DNA of 64,000 nucleotides from Antedon mediterranea (GCF_964355755.1 NC_092670.1:4082201-4146200); one strand, 5' to 3'. Positions 1 through 13,864 are shown, numbered from the stretch's first letter. The notes: generated by a model from the letters alone, not told the origin. A program made the numbers and translations.

Positions 1-2466
1 TCACGTGTTCGAAATTCTAAAGAAATTGGTTAGATGGAGGTCTCGTGGCATGGAGCCGTTCGCCCATCAAGGGCATCATGGAGCACCATGCTTACGTACG
101 TATCAATGTCATCAGCAACAATCTAATAAAGTGTCCCAAAACACAACACAATCATTTAAAAATGATGTTATTACTTATTAAGTGATTAAAACCAAACAAT
201 TTAATAATACTGGATAATCTATGCTGTTTTACACCTATCAGGTATTCATTTGATCATTGGATACCTATAAAGTAAAGAGATACTTGATATTCAAGTTCAG
301 TTATCTGAAGATTTTGGCCAAATGGGTACACGGTAAATGGGTTTAACAAAAAGCCCGGATGTCAGAGTACACAAAACATTTTACATTATGTGTATGTTAT
401 AACTGGGTTATGTTGTGAACGAAAGTCTCAGCATGATCTTGATTGAAACTATCAGGTTAGCCCACTAAAGACAGGTGCAGTAGAGGCAAGCAGTGGCAAC
501 AGGTAGTCACACATCGTCACTTTTGTCATGCTGATGAGAATAATATTAATAGGCCTAACTATTCATCGGAATATAAAATTAAGTATTAAAAACCATACTA
601 TTAAAGAGTATCTAATTAGGTTATAGGCCCAATTCAATTCAATTCAATTCAAACCGACATTTATTTACTTCAAAAAAAGACAGTAAACAAGATGAAGGTA
701 AAAAAACAGTATAAGAAGGCAGGTCCAAAAAAAACAGGATGCTTGTGGAAGACAAAGATGATATTTAAACAGACAGATAAAAAGAAAAGAAAAAAAAAAT
801 ATCACATACATAATATAGGTATTGATTCTGTCAGAATATTGGGAAAATAAAAAAGTGTACCGCCGATTTTCCATCCAACTTTTTCTTCTTTTTTTTTAAA
901 CATTTAAAGTTCACTGGAAAACGTGTATTTTACTTCGGGTTTGTATTAATGGACCTCAATTTTTTTTTACAAATTACGATTTTAAGGTTTTTTTATGCCG
1001 TGCGTATGATAGGTCCGCGATTCGTAACAAAACAAAATGACACTGTGGCTTATCCAATCAGAACACTACGTTCTGTATCTTTACAATTCTTATTTTTTAT
1101 TGCCAAAACATAATAGGCCTAAAACACACACATGCACAACAAGCAACCACAAAAAAGTAACAGGAAACACAAAAGCGAACTAAATCCCTGTGATGAAGAA
1201 CCTGTGCTGTTCCACTTTTACCGAGTAGCACATGAAGATAACATTTATTTCAATAAATATATCTGAAAATACCAACAATAAAAACCTAAAATGTATTTAT
1301 ATAACACAAAAAGTGGCAGCAATGCATAAACACTACTTAGAGAAGAAATACATTTTAAGTTTAAACATGAATTTTGGGAAATAGTTATAGCCTAAATGTG
1401 TCTTTAACTTCAATCATGCATTTCTTCTCACAATCGCAGAAATGTATGAATAACTGACAATACAGGCATTTAGTATATATTATAGTCCGTGCATAGAAAT
1501 TCCTAAAACGTAATATACGAATGTGTTGCGGATAATTTCACAGTCTATCACTCTATCAATATCAATATCAATTCTTCTTCTATGGAACGGCATTGATAAC
1601 TACTTGTGACGAGTGCTTTTATACTTGTTGACATAATCCTGACTGAAATTACTGTACTTTTATTTATCAGTAAACATAAATTGATGTTGAGAATAATTGC
1701 TAATTATCGTCAAACTTGATAGACATTAAAATAAAATTATTTAAGACTATTAATTCCATATAGTAAAAAACATGTATGATGAGGCCAAGCTGGACAACAA
1801 TTATCTGCTGAACAAAGAACACAATGTTTATTATTGAAAACTGATTGAGCCGCCATAATCATTATAATCCTATAGTAGCAAGATGCACTCCGCCGTCCAA
1901 ACATTAGGCCTAACGTCCATACATATGTTATCCTAATCATTATATTGCTTCCGAGATGTATCTTAATTAAATTTAGAAATAGTGTGGCATTTCAATTACA
2001 AATTGTAAATAAAAATAGAGAATGCCAATAAAGTAGGATGACAGACGAATGTTAAAGTGATGATATAACTAAATATGTTTATACCTAATTTAAAAAAAAC
2101 ATTATTTAATTTAAAAAAATGCAGTTTACATTGGTGGTGTTAGCAGTAATACTGATACATTTATTAACATAAAGAAAGCTTAGTAAAGAAAGCAATAATG
2201 ATAATTAATTTTATTACAAAATAAATACTAATTCTAAATGAATGTATATTATTTTAATGTAATTATTTCACTTTAATTTTAAAATATTTGTACTGTATGC
2301 GTATTGTAAGGGTGTCGTATCTTTTCTGAATTTTAACCGTTGTCTGTACCATTAAAAAGTACTAAACATCCATCATCTAAATGTAAAAACATTATGCAGA
2401 TAATACAGTGATTACATTTAATTTTAATTGACGTACACTACAGGTTGGCGACACGAAAGACCTTAA

Positions 2467-2785
2467 AGATGTATTGTCTCCTGAAAAAATAATTGTTTTA
2501 CAATTATTTTTAATATGGAATTTATAATAGTTATTCAATTTGACCAAAAATTGGATCGGAAACAAAATTATTTACCTTAAAAAACTGTAATTTGAAGCAA
2601 AAAATAATACTCAAATTGGCTGCCAGCCAATGGGTTATTGGTTGAATTTTTATCATTTTTATAAGTTAAAACATGATTTTTTCGTAGTTTTTTTTCGACG
2701 GAAGTGATTAACTTGGTTAAAACTACAAAATAACTTAATCAAAGTCTGATTTAATTAATCTTCATTTTTCATGTTTTTGAGGGAC
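2467..2785 (+). mobile_element. Kolobok-like non-autonomous element, degenerate
   Basis: TTAA followed by AGATGTATTGTC; internal sequence is the reverse complement of 13608-13864. Confidence 0.55.
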
Positions 2786-2857
2786 GCAATTTATACCATA
2801 CGGAGGGACAGAGCAAGCACCTTTCATTTAATTACCTTGTACAGATATTAGTATAAT

Positions 2858-2885
2858 CATAGAGATATTATATAATATCTCTATG
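2858..2885. mobile_element. 28-bp palindrome with a 7-bp TSD (P-element-like footprint)
   Basis: GTATAAT-CATAGAGATATTATATAATATCTCTATG-GTATAAT. Confidence 0.6.
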
Positions 2886-3153
2886 GTATAATCAGAGAAG
2901 AGTTTAATTCACACTTCCCTTGTATACTTAACAGCATTTATAGCTCCATGCTTCTACATTGAATTCAAACGGCTCTCCATAACTTTATATTTCTATCAAG
3001 TAAACAAACAAGTTAGTAGATTCTATAAATCACATTAAAGCGCAACGAATCTTCTTCAACTTGATACGCATGCTTTTGTTTAGCATTGGCTTTTGTTTAA
3101 GGTTAGCCGGTCAGGCCCATATAACCAGCTGAAAGCAAGTAAACATACAGAAT

Positions 3154-3161
3154 CGTGGGAA
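3154..3161 (+). promoter_or_regulatory. Su(H)/CSL (Notch) binding site CGTGGGAA upstream of Hey
   Basis: Exact high-affinity consensus 2.2 kb upstream of the Hey ATG; Hey genes are established Notch targets. Confidence 0.55.
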
Positions 3162-4684
3162 CACACCAATATAATGCGAAAAGTATACTGTATCTTGCAC
3201 GCTGTTAGTGTTTATTTCGTTTTTTTATATATACTACACTGAGGCCTATCTATCATTTTGTAAGTCGGCTCATTTTAGGGCCGCGACACTTCAGTAGTAG
3301 CCTAGATAGGTAACGGGGATGATTGCAACTGTTTCGTGTATTTAATATCAAATCCCAATGATCAGTATCATACTTCAATCATAGAAAAGTATTTTCGACT
3401 TAAATTTAGACTTGGTCGGCATATTTTTATTCTCACAGAATTCCTTATCTTTAGGCCTAGTATAAATAAATAGATGTATATATCATAACTGGGAAGTTTA
3501 GAATTATCTGTGCCTCTAAATTTATATTAGGCCTATTAGTATTATTATTTTATTACTGTTTTATTATCATTGTCACCGTTGGTATTATATATTATTAATT
3601 TTAGTAATTTACGGTATTATTATTGATACCTTTAATATACTTGATACTTTTAGTATTTTTACTTTTATAGTATTATTGTTAATTGTCCTTTAATATAATT
3701 ATTAATAATTAATTAATATTATTATTATTAAATAATCTTATTCCTGAAATTTTCTTTTCCGTCGGTATGGACACACGTACACGATGTACATTTTGCCACC
3801 AAGTGTGAACTTGGAATAATAAATAATAAGTATTATTATTATTACTCCATAGTGTGAAGTAATACATTAATTGATTTAGGTTTGTTGAAGTTACCAGCCT
3901 TTGTCACGTGTACACACTGGTATTTCTGACATAATTTCACAGTAATTGTTCTCGTCTAAATGCAATTAATCAAACACTAGGTTGTTTGCAAATCTCACGC
4001 TTTATTACGCTTCTGATATTAGGTACATCGAATGCGATCGATGAAATTCAAAACCATTTCAAAAGGTACATTGAAACCACTGAAATTAAAATAATCGATT
4101 ATGTTATTGTTAACCCTGATTTATTTCCGGTGGTCACATCATTATTTTACGAACTTTACTTTTCAACATAACTCAATTTAATTAATGTTCAATAATCACA
4201 TAACATTCAATAATAATAATTGATTTTAATATAACACCATAAAAGTTACTCCCAATGATCAATTTATAGTATTGTATTGTTTTTGCTTATTTTTGTTGTT
4301 TTTGTTTTTAGCTTAGTTATAGTTCAGGTCTTTTTATTTTTCAATATGTTCTTTTCTGTTTTGTTTCTTGTACCTCATCGTATATTGTAAGTGCCACTGA
4401 TTAAAGGGTGTATGGTCAACAAATAAATAAATATAATGTAATTGCAATACATAAACTAATAATTGGCCAGGAAAACTAGGCTATACAAAATACATAATAA
4501 TAATAATATGTTTGTATGTGTATAAAACTGAATTTCCTGTATTTTTCACTCTTTAATGGTTCAGAAGCTAATCATGTAGCTGCTCGCAACAATACCAACC
4601 AATATCCCTATTAGCAGTATGCTTTAAAATAAGTTAAAAATGGGAAGATTTGCCTGAAATCGTTTAATCAAGCAAACGCCACCA

Positions 4685-5119
4685 TTCACACGGTTTCTTC
4701 CTCACAGCAATCATTCGAGCATAAAGATCAACTTGGGGGTTTGTTTATCAACGAGAGAACGGCAAACTTTCCCACGAAATATCGCGTGTTTGCAGTACGT
4801 TTATTAGCCCCAATAATCTTAGCTGAAGAAGTGTTCAAATGGAACAGTCCATTTGTGATATACGACGATTTAAAGTTTTTTAAATCGAGAAATATTATTA
4901 GCTTGAAAATATTTTTATTATAAATTAAATTTAATAACGTATATTTATATATGTTTTGCTTTCTGATTAGAAAAATGTATAAATGTTTTTATAAAACACT
5001 TTACAAGTTTTGTAAACACAATGGAATCGTCCGTAAGAGACACGCGACCAATGGCCAAAGACAAGACCATCTCACCACCCATTAATTATACTGTACTGTC
5101 GATTGACCAATGACACGAG
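4685..5119 (+). promoter_or_regulatory. Hey proximal promoter: CSL sites TTCACACG (4685) and TTCCCACG (4769), class C/N-box sites CACGCG (5041) and CACGAG (5114), two CCAAT boxes
   Basis: Motifs read directly, 250-700 bp upstream of the ATG; CCAAT at about 5048 and 5107. Confidence 0.55.
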
Positions 5120-5376
5120 CGTGTAGAGGAACCGGCTGTCTGTCTGACACGTCAATCATTCTTTGTAACGTTTGTCGTGTCTTAATTCGTTTTACCCCAA
5201 AAAACTTTAAATATCAAAATCTATTAAGTTTGATTTATTCGATCATCTTAATCAACACGAACACCATCTCTGATTGTTGGAAATAATCTACAAGTTTTAA
5301 AAGCAACCACTCTAATTTCGTTTATTGAACTGTGTTCGTATCGAAAGTCTCTATGGTTAATCATAACAATATTGCA

Positions 5377-8300
5377 ATGAAGAGAGGATTAAGCGAGTCA
5401 TCGGATAACGATGATGTGTTCGATGAGTCCATGAAAGGGTAAGCATTTATATTTATCATGTAGCAATATATAATTAAATAATCTTTTTAATTTAGATCAG
5501 TAACATGTATACATTATGACTTAGTTATTTTAAAAGAAAAATCTTGTTGGTATTATTTTGTTCGTATAAAAAAAAGAATACACGAAGGACTTTTATAGTA
5601 TCGTGTCGTGATTCTGTTTAATAATTTGAAGTACTTCCGACATGTGCCTTGTCTATTTTTAAAATAGTAATTATGTTAAAAGTATTATAAAATGATTGAA
5701 ACTGGAAACGAAATACACAGTGGTAATTTATCATAATTTACGTTTATGACGTAATGATGTATAGGACTAATCCTAAACCACAGACAATATCTAGTTCCTA
5801 TAATTGCATTCCTTGAAAAAAAACGTAGGCTTAATAAACTCCTTGTAACATTAAATCGTAGTATTATGTTGCCATAGTTAATTTACTTGGTTAATTCATT
5901 GAAGAAATTTCTTCCATGGGTAACTGTTTTAAATGCCAAACAGATATAACATGAAAACTGTAGCTCTATGCATTTTTATTGACGAGCTATAATAAAATAG
6001 TTCTCAGATAGAGGGAGCTCTGAAGCAGTTTCCTGTCATAGCTTCGTACGTGATGTTTATGGCGCAAACGATAGCAGATGTCGACTATGTGAAATCAATT
6101 ATCTTTTTTTATTTAAAAAAAAATTACATTTATTGTGAAAGGGTTGATGACCTATTTATTTGATTATTATCATTATTCGGCAGTAGTCTACAGTGAGTGA
6201 TGTAGGTTAGGTTAGCTGTCATATCTTTCCATTCTGCTGCTAATTAGGCCTAAAGTAGTACAACCCATTAATGTATGCTAAGGCAATAAACTTAAACTTG
6301 ACAATGGGCAACTCAAATAAGAGTTTGTTTTTTTTTCAATTCATTTCAGTTATGCATTAATCTAAATAATTAAATAAATTAGTGGAGTAACCACAATGTT
6401 AGGATTGAAAATTTCAATTCATTGGTTAATTTATTTGAATTTAATTGGAAAACTTATACTACGTACACTTTTGCTTTTTAAAATAAGTCGATATGATTTC
6501 AGTAAAAATTATCACTTTCTTAAACAGAGACTTATTTCTAAATAACAATAATATAATAATATAATTACTGAATATATAACTATATAACTCTAATAATTAA
6601 AAAATTGAAAGAATAACGATATAAAAAATAATAACTAATTATAGCCTACGTATTAGAATAAGACACAATAACTAGGCTACTTAAATAGTATTAAGTGATA
6701 ATAGTTATCATGTTGATCATAAAAAGGTTTTTCATTTTCATTCATTAACAAAAATTTAATTTAAAAATGAAATAAAAAAATAAAAGTAAATATTTAAATA
6801 ATTTATTGTATGTAGTTAATGCAATGTTACCATTATGTCTCCTCCTATTTAGATCACCAAGTCAATCAAGTCCTGGTGAAGCAAGGAAAAAACGCAGAGG
6901 GGTATGTATGCATTAAAACATTATTAAAACATCATTATTTCATTATGCATGGTCTTATCTTATCAACATCATCATAATTGTCATCATTATTATCATTATC
7001 ATTATTCGTTCTTATCAATAGCCTATAACTAAGATGTTCATAATTTCCTCCCTGTTCATACCATGGAGGAATAATTCCTCCATACATTATTTGAAACAAC
7101 ATAGCCTTACAATGTTATTAATACTGTATTACCAATAGTTGTATTGATAATTCATAAATAGATTTGGGAAATACGGGTATTTCAAATAAAATCAGATAAT
7201 AGCCTATTTATCCCACACACACGGCTCAATAGTAATTCCCACCGACGAAATTGTAAACATTTAATTACTTTGAGGATAATCGTGATTGATTAAGCCCACT
7301 GTGCTACAACAATACCATTCATACCTCTAAGTTAAATGGATCGTGTGAACTAAATATTCAAAATAAAAACGATCATGTAAACAAACTAGATAGATATACA
7401 GCAAGAATGTGTTATTAGTTACACAATTTAATTTAATAATAATAATAATAAACAGTATTTATATAGCGCCTAATGGATCACTGGCCCCTCTAGGTGCTTT
7501 ACATTAGACCTTAACTAATGGTAATAAACTATCCCCCACCGGACACCATTCCGGTATTTCTTAGTCGAGGTTTCGGGGATGGAGACAATCAATAATGTGA
7601 AAAAAAAATGTAACTAAGCTTAACTATGCTTAGGCATTCGTATATCTATGATGGTAGGCCTCATTCATGTTAAGCTCTGATAGACTTTGGTTTTTCTTCA
7701 ATCTATAATTGCCTTTTTAATACAATAATTTTTTTTAATACTGAATTTTGTCAAGTTGATACCAGAACAAATAAAAGATAAATTAAATAATAGTAATTTT
7801 TATTGCATTTTTAAAAGTATTTGTTTTTAATAATTTATAAATAATAATAATATTGATATGATAATTTAAATGTCTAAAGGACATTGACTTAAAACTAGAT
7901 TACTGAAAATTGATTTAAAAAAAGTTTGTGGTATCTTTTCTTTAAAATCCGCAATTAGAAAATTAGAGCACACTATTGAAAGTGAATTGTGAAAATATGC
8001 CTATTGATACTGAGAATATGAGACTCGTTTAACGTGCTAGTCTCATGAGAATTGGTTTGCTGCTGTATCGAAGCGTGGATTATTACTATTTAGTAGAGAA
8101 CAAACAGTTGGCCAAGTCAAATACACTACCACTAACAATACTCATGCTTGTAACAAAGGCGGCACCAAATGCGCCTTTTCAGGCCCACATAACAAAGGTC
8201 TAGGAAATGCTATTATTAAAAGCTATTGTAACGATATTGTGACTGTAAACAGATATCACTATTCACTATAATATCTCTATGCTGTAAATAAAAGGCGATC

Positions 8301-9982
8301 CTTGAATCATGTGTATTTAATGTTAAAAGAGTATACTTAGTAATAATTATTATCATTAACCTAACAGATAATTGAAAAACGAAGACGGGACCGAATTAAT
8401 ACGAGTTTAACCGAACTTCGTCGTCTAGTTCCGTCGGCATTCGAGAAACAGGTAAGTCGAACTTTAATGCAGATGGTGCTTGCACCAAGTCTGTAGTTAT
8501 ATCGAGGCTTTTCGATGTTTAGTGTTTGAAATACAAGCTCAAGAAGTACACGTATGAAACGTCATATGTGCCAAAATATTTATATTTAAACTAATAATAG
8601 TCAAAACTCCGTCTGGAACCCAAACTAATTGAAACTCTGCACAGACCGCGGACCGACCAAGTTGCCATCGTAGGCATAACGGTTCGGTTTAATAATGAAT
8701 TGCACGTGACCCTTCTGAATTCGAATACTTAAGAGGTCCTAAATTATTGTTTGTTTTGCTTTTCTTTTTTAAAAATTAAAAATCATATTTTATTTTCTGT
8801 CACTGTAACACCTCACTTTATAATACTTTATGATTGTTCCAACAGGGTTCAGCAAAATTAGAAAAAGCAGAAATTCTTCAGATGACTGTGGATCATTTGA
8901 AATTTCTTCACGCTAAAGGTAATAATTTAAATTAATCAATTTTTGCGATGATATTGTGAAGCAATGTGGTGGGGATTATTTCCATCCACCACATCTTAAC
9001 ATTATTGATATACGGAAATCTGTAAGAATGAGAAAGCCGCCCCGAGATTCGAACCTGGAATATTCTGATTGATATGCAGATACCCACCATCGCAGAAATT
9101 AGACCACCACTGGGGCTTTCTTGGTATGGTTTAAATTTCATTGAATAGTAACTATTTATTAACACCCTCTACGGCAGAATGAGACATGAGTTCTCAAGCG
9201 TACGCACGTACAACAGAGACGCACGTACGTTTCAGCCCAAGTATGTTTAAATGTGATGATATGGAGACATATGTTCTAACTGTTTAATAATGTCCCTTTT
9301 TTCCTCCCTTACAGGGCTAGACAGTTCATTTCATCCGTATAGCGATACACCTTACGCAACCGACTACAGAAGTATTGGATTTCGTGAGTGTGCTTCGGAG
9401 GTGGCACGATATCTTGTGACTGTAGAAGGTATGGACATTCAAGATCCATTACGACTGCGCCTGATGAGTCATTTGCAGTGCTACACAGCTCAAAGAGAGT
9501 TACAGTCACGACAACATTGGAATACCGTTAGCAACCACCCTCACTCTCACAATCACCATAACCACGGACAGTTTCCCGTTGGACATCATCAAACATCTGC
9601 AGTTATTCCACAACCCAGTGACCACCATATGCCTGTTCATACACCAGTATCAGAGTCACCTAGGCAGATGATCCCGATGATCACTAGTTCTACCGCTGCC
9701 GATTCAAGTCACCAAGTATGTCATACAAGACTAGCCATGCCACCCTCAACGTCTGCATATCCATCTGTTTCGTCGAACTCGGGTACGACACATTTCACAG
9801 CTACCAGTGGTGGTGGTACGGTTCAAACTGTTCACTCACAATATCCGATTCCTTATAACTCATTGCCGATGCTCTCACCTACTGGATTCAGTCCAACAAG
9901 TAACGGTGCAACGCATGCTTCAACGCATGCGCCGATTGTCACTAAACCATACCGACCCTGGGGAACTGAGATGGCTTATTAA
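5377..9982 (+). CDS. Hey: Hairy/enhancer-of-split related with YRPW motif (Hey), bHLH-Orange repressor; 5 exons, 311 aa
   Basis: Exons 5377-5438 ([21 protein letters not shown]), 6853-6901 ([16 protein letters not shown]), 8368-8451 ([28 protein letters not shown]), 8846-8918 ([24 protein letters not shown]), 9315-9982 (Orange domain [17 protein letters not shown]...RLRLMSHL; C-terminus [12 protein letters not shown]). All junctions are GT-AG with matching phases (2,0,0,1). Gly in the basic region plus YRPW is diagnostic of Hey. An in-frame ATG at 5353 could add 8 aa. Confidence 0.97.
9031..9121 (-). mobile_element. tRNA-like / SINE head in Hey intron 4
   Basis: Minus strand has A-box-like TGGTCTAAT and B-box GGTTCGAATC, closed by AGAAAGCC/GGCTTTCT; no clean cloverleaf. 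Confidence 0.4.
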
Positions 9983-10680
9983 TTAGCAGGCTTCTTGATT
10001 CCACACAAGGACATTTCAGCGAATTTAAGAAGTCATATAATAATAAACCGGATTAATAATGATGGCACATTATTATACTTGACCTTGCCTTAGTGCCCAA
10101 TATTAGAATAAATTGTTCCGTTTAGTACAGTTTGCAAATAGGAAGGTTAAACAATGCATTCAATTCCTATAAAGCATGTGCGTTGAATGATACAATTAGG
10201 CCACAGCTGGTATCTTAAATTTTTTTTTAAATGCTTATCTTTATTATTGTCTTAAGAGCATATTTCTCTGTTGCGCATGTGCAAAATCGAAAACTGCACG
10301 CCAATAATTTATAACGAGGCGCTATACAATCGTATTTGAATACTGTACTATGGAATGGATAATACTAGAATTATGACAAACAAAAGATTCCAGAAGATTT
10401 TAATTTTTAATAAAGTCAAGTTTGCGCTCCACCATCATGTGTTTTCAAAATAAAGTAATGTTGTGATGTGTCTTTATTCGCGATACAACAATATTAAAAG
10501 TTCTGTATAAAATTAGGTTTTTGTATATAATATTGAAGGAAAACCAACTGTACATTTTAGTTATTGATTGCATGATACTGCTAATGAGTAATCACTGTAA
10601 GTCACTGGAAAAGAAATATAATTAATTAATTGATTTTAATTAAGGTGGAAATAAAAAAAAGATTAGATTTGACAGGAGGG

Positions 10681-10794
10681 TTGAGGGGACCAAAACAAAG
10701 ATATTGGGAATTGACGTTTTTTTTGTAGTTTGAAGGGGACCAAAACAAAGCTTTTTGGAATTTACGATTTTTTTAAGTTTGAAGGGGACCAAAT
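10681..10794. repeat. Tandem repeat of about 50 bp (2.3 copies) downstream of the Hey stop
   Basis: AGGGGACCAAA recurs near 10684, 10734 and 10783. Confidence 0.75.
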
Positions 10795-13607
10795 CAACAA
10801 TTGGTAATGAACCAACGATGCAATATGAGGAGTAGTGATGGAGGATATATTGTTTAAAGTTGTACCTTCCATATTATTATTATTATTATTATTAACATTA
10901 CTATATACCGTTTTCAATCATTTAATTAATTTATGTAGGGTACTCATTGTTATATTAATGTTTTACTTAATGTTTAACTTATTGAGAATACAGTTATAAT
11001 TGTTTGTTGCAACTCCGTGTGCTTTTGGAAATTGAAATTATTGGTGCAATAATAACGTAGGAAAACAATATAACCAATACACAAATGGTTAATGACACTT
11101 TCTCTGAATTATCAATTATATTATTATTGGTATAAGTAATTGTCTATTAATAAGAATGTGAATATCCATACTCTTTGTTTATCTCCATTATTACTTTGTT
11201 TGTAATACTACATCAGTGAAATACTGACCTTAGTTTTATTGATGTATGATATAAGTTATTTTTTAAATTGTTATATTTTTACTTTTATAAGCGATCAATT
11301 TTGTATAAAACTAAATAATAAAGATTGTTCTAAAATGTGAAAAAAAAACAAATCTAAAATTGTCTACGTTTGTATTTATATTCTTTTCTACCACATGTTT
11401 TTGTATATTATTCAGTATTTTGAAAGTTAAAGAGAGCAACATGCGATGGAAGTGTTACATTATTGAAATTTTTTCTAGTAAACAACAACACATATACAGT
11501 AAGTAATACTTTGGGTAAGGGTGTTTGAAGTAATGTCAGGGAAGAGTGAAAATTAATGTCACTCTTCCCTGGTATTAGTGAAGCTAATGGAGGTAGGCTG
11601 TGGATTTGGAATTCAGATGAACCTCCGCTTAAATTGGTCCTTTCTCAGTAGTACCAAGCGCGAACAACCTAATAGATATATAATGTAAGCAAGATGCAAG
11701 AATGGAACCTTTTTCTTATACTCGATTCATCATACTCACAAATTACAAATTGTATCTCGTACGAATTTGTGAAACGTCGGTAATGTTTATGGGCACCTGC
11801 GACGCCTGTAAGTACAAGGCTACGTTCAGGACAACACTGCTAATTATAAACTAATAATAATTAATAAATAATAACAATAAATTAATAACTCTAGTGCGTT
11901 ATGTACACCTACCCAAAAGCGTCTACGCAACTCATTAAAATGTATAACTGCTTATCAGATTGCATTATGTATTGAATAAAGTCTGTCGTATTTTGTAATA
12001 ATTTTTACAGAAAATCAACAATAAGATCACCACAAACAAGCAGAAGTTTTTTAACCGGCGCCCTCAACTTTTAAAAATATAGGCCTATATTAACTTTCAA
12101 TTAATAATAGTACAACATATTTTAAATACTTCTATTCAGCAACAAACATAATTTTGGAAATATGATAGCTTTACAACATATTAACAGATATTAACAGACA
12201 CCTAAACCATTCGAAAGGTACCGTAGCGCTATAATTTTAAACGCGGAGTAGAAAAATAAGGTTGATTTTCGGACGCGATCCGTCAAAAGAACCCGTCGCA
12301 ACATGGTTGCTCATTGTGTAACAAGACTGAACAAACATATAATGAAATCCAGTGGAATATAACGAAATTACACCAGCATTATAAACAAAATTAAATTCAA
12401 ATTTATCGAAATTGCACTCTTGATGACGTAAGAGTTAAATGGAGGATTAAATAGTATGTGAACCACAATCCACCAATAAAATAATAAGTATCTACTCAGG
12501 TTTGTTATAATACCGTATGTCAACACAGTAATAAGTATAAGTGTGGTACGGCGGTAATGATCCTACATTTTATCTGAGACACCTAGAAATTTGTTATAAG
12601 TACGGTAGTAGATAAACTACTGTTTTATCTTTTATAAAAAGTAAAAACTAGAATGTATCAATGTTAGCATTCTTTTCACTGAATAACATGTGTTAAATTG
12701 TATTAATATTTATTTAGTCTATTAGTTTTACACCATTTATAAATTGTGTTTAGTTACATTTTTTAAATTTCGAGTCCCACACTCGAGAAAGACTTACGAA
12801 GTGTTCTGAATAATATGTCTTATCCCTTACACGAGTCAATTTCAAGCATACGCAATGTTCTGCGCTACTGAATCAAATCGCGTAAAAATGCGCTAACCTA
12901 CTTGCCTATCTTCATTTCCTTTTCAATGATATTTATATGCTCAATAAAAACACCCCATAAACAAATATTCCTAATAACATTTCCTTTTAAATAGTATGGT
13001 ATTCGTTTTATTATATTAATAGTAGTGGTCTAGAATGAGATGCCGAGTTTGTCTAAAACAAGTTGGGTTAGAAAAATGTAAACCATTTAGTTTTAAAAAA
13101 CATGTTTAGTTTGTGTACAGTACGCCTGTCAAATGTATATGTTTATACATTCCTCTTCATTTTTAGGTCCTATATGAGCAGTTTAATGGCAAAAACAAAA
13201 TATTGAATCGATGAATTATGTAATAACTTAAGATTCATGCTAAAAGGGGGAAAAAGAATGTAAAAAAAAACTTGATATGGACATCACTTTAATTGCGGTA
13301 AGTTGCAGCTGTGTGTACAACAATAGCAACTACCAAAGTGAGAGAGATCAGTGAACCAAGACGACACAACGATTAACAAAGCTCCGTAATATTTTTTCAA
13401 GGATGTTTCATTATATAACTGCTATCCAGACACAAGACAAAGAAGAACAATCACGATTGACCAAAACAGATAATGTAACAATGAACGTAACGTAAATTTA
13501 GGGATTATATAAAACAGGGGTATATTTTGTATAGATTTAGCATCAAACTTAGTTTCGTCCATACGGAATCCGTAAAAGGAGATTATTTAATAATATATAC
13601 ATTTTGA

Positions 13608-13864
13608 AGATGTATTGTCCTCAAAAACATAAAAAATGAACTTTGAAAAGCCCACTTTGTAGTGAATCACTTCCGTAGAAAAAAAATACGAACACATTTT
13701 TTCACTTATAACATGACAAAATAAACGGTTAAATTCAACCAAAAACACATTTGATGGCAGCCAAATTGACTATTTTTTGCGTTAAATTACAGTTCTTTCA
13801 GGTACCGTAAAATAAAAAAATGACAAACATGTAAACAAATTATTTTTGACAATATACAGCATCT
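13608..13864 (-). mobile_element. Kolobok-like non-autonomous element
   Basis: AGATGTATTGTC...GACAATAT(..)CATCT followed by TTAA; homologous to 2467-2785, with a further fragment near 53886. Confidence 0.55.

Noticed and set aside
531-572. CTGATGA followed by GAAA, a possible hammerhead
   Set aside because: No stem II closes directly onto GAAA and there is no compatible stem I or III.
4752-4776. Su(H) paired site (SPS)
   Set aside because: The first half-site CGAGAGAA is mismatched and the spacer is 9 nt rather than about 15-17.
9031-9121. Functional tRNA gene in the Hey intron
   Set aside because: A B-box is present but the D-arm and anticodon arm do not fold canonically; treated as SINE-derived. 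Similar heads near 25190-25250 and 35190-35250 were rejected likewise.
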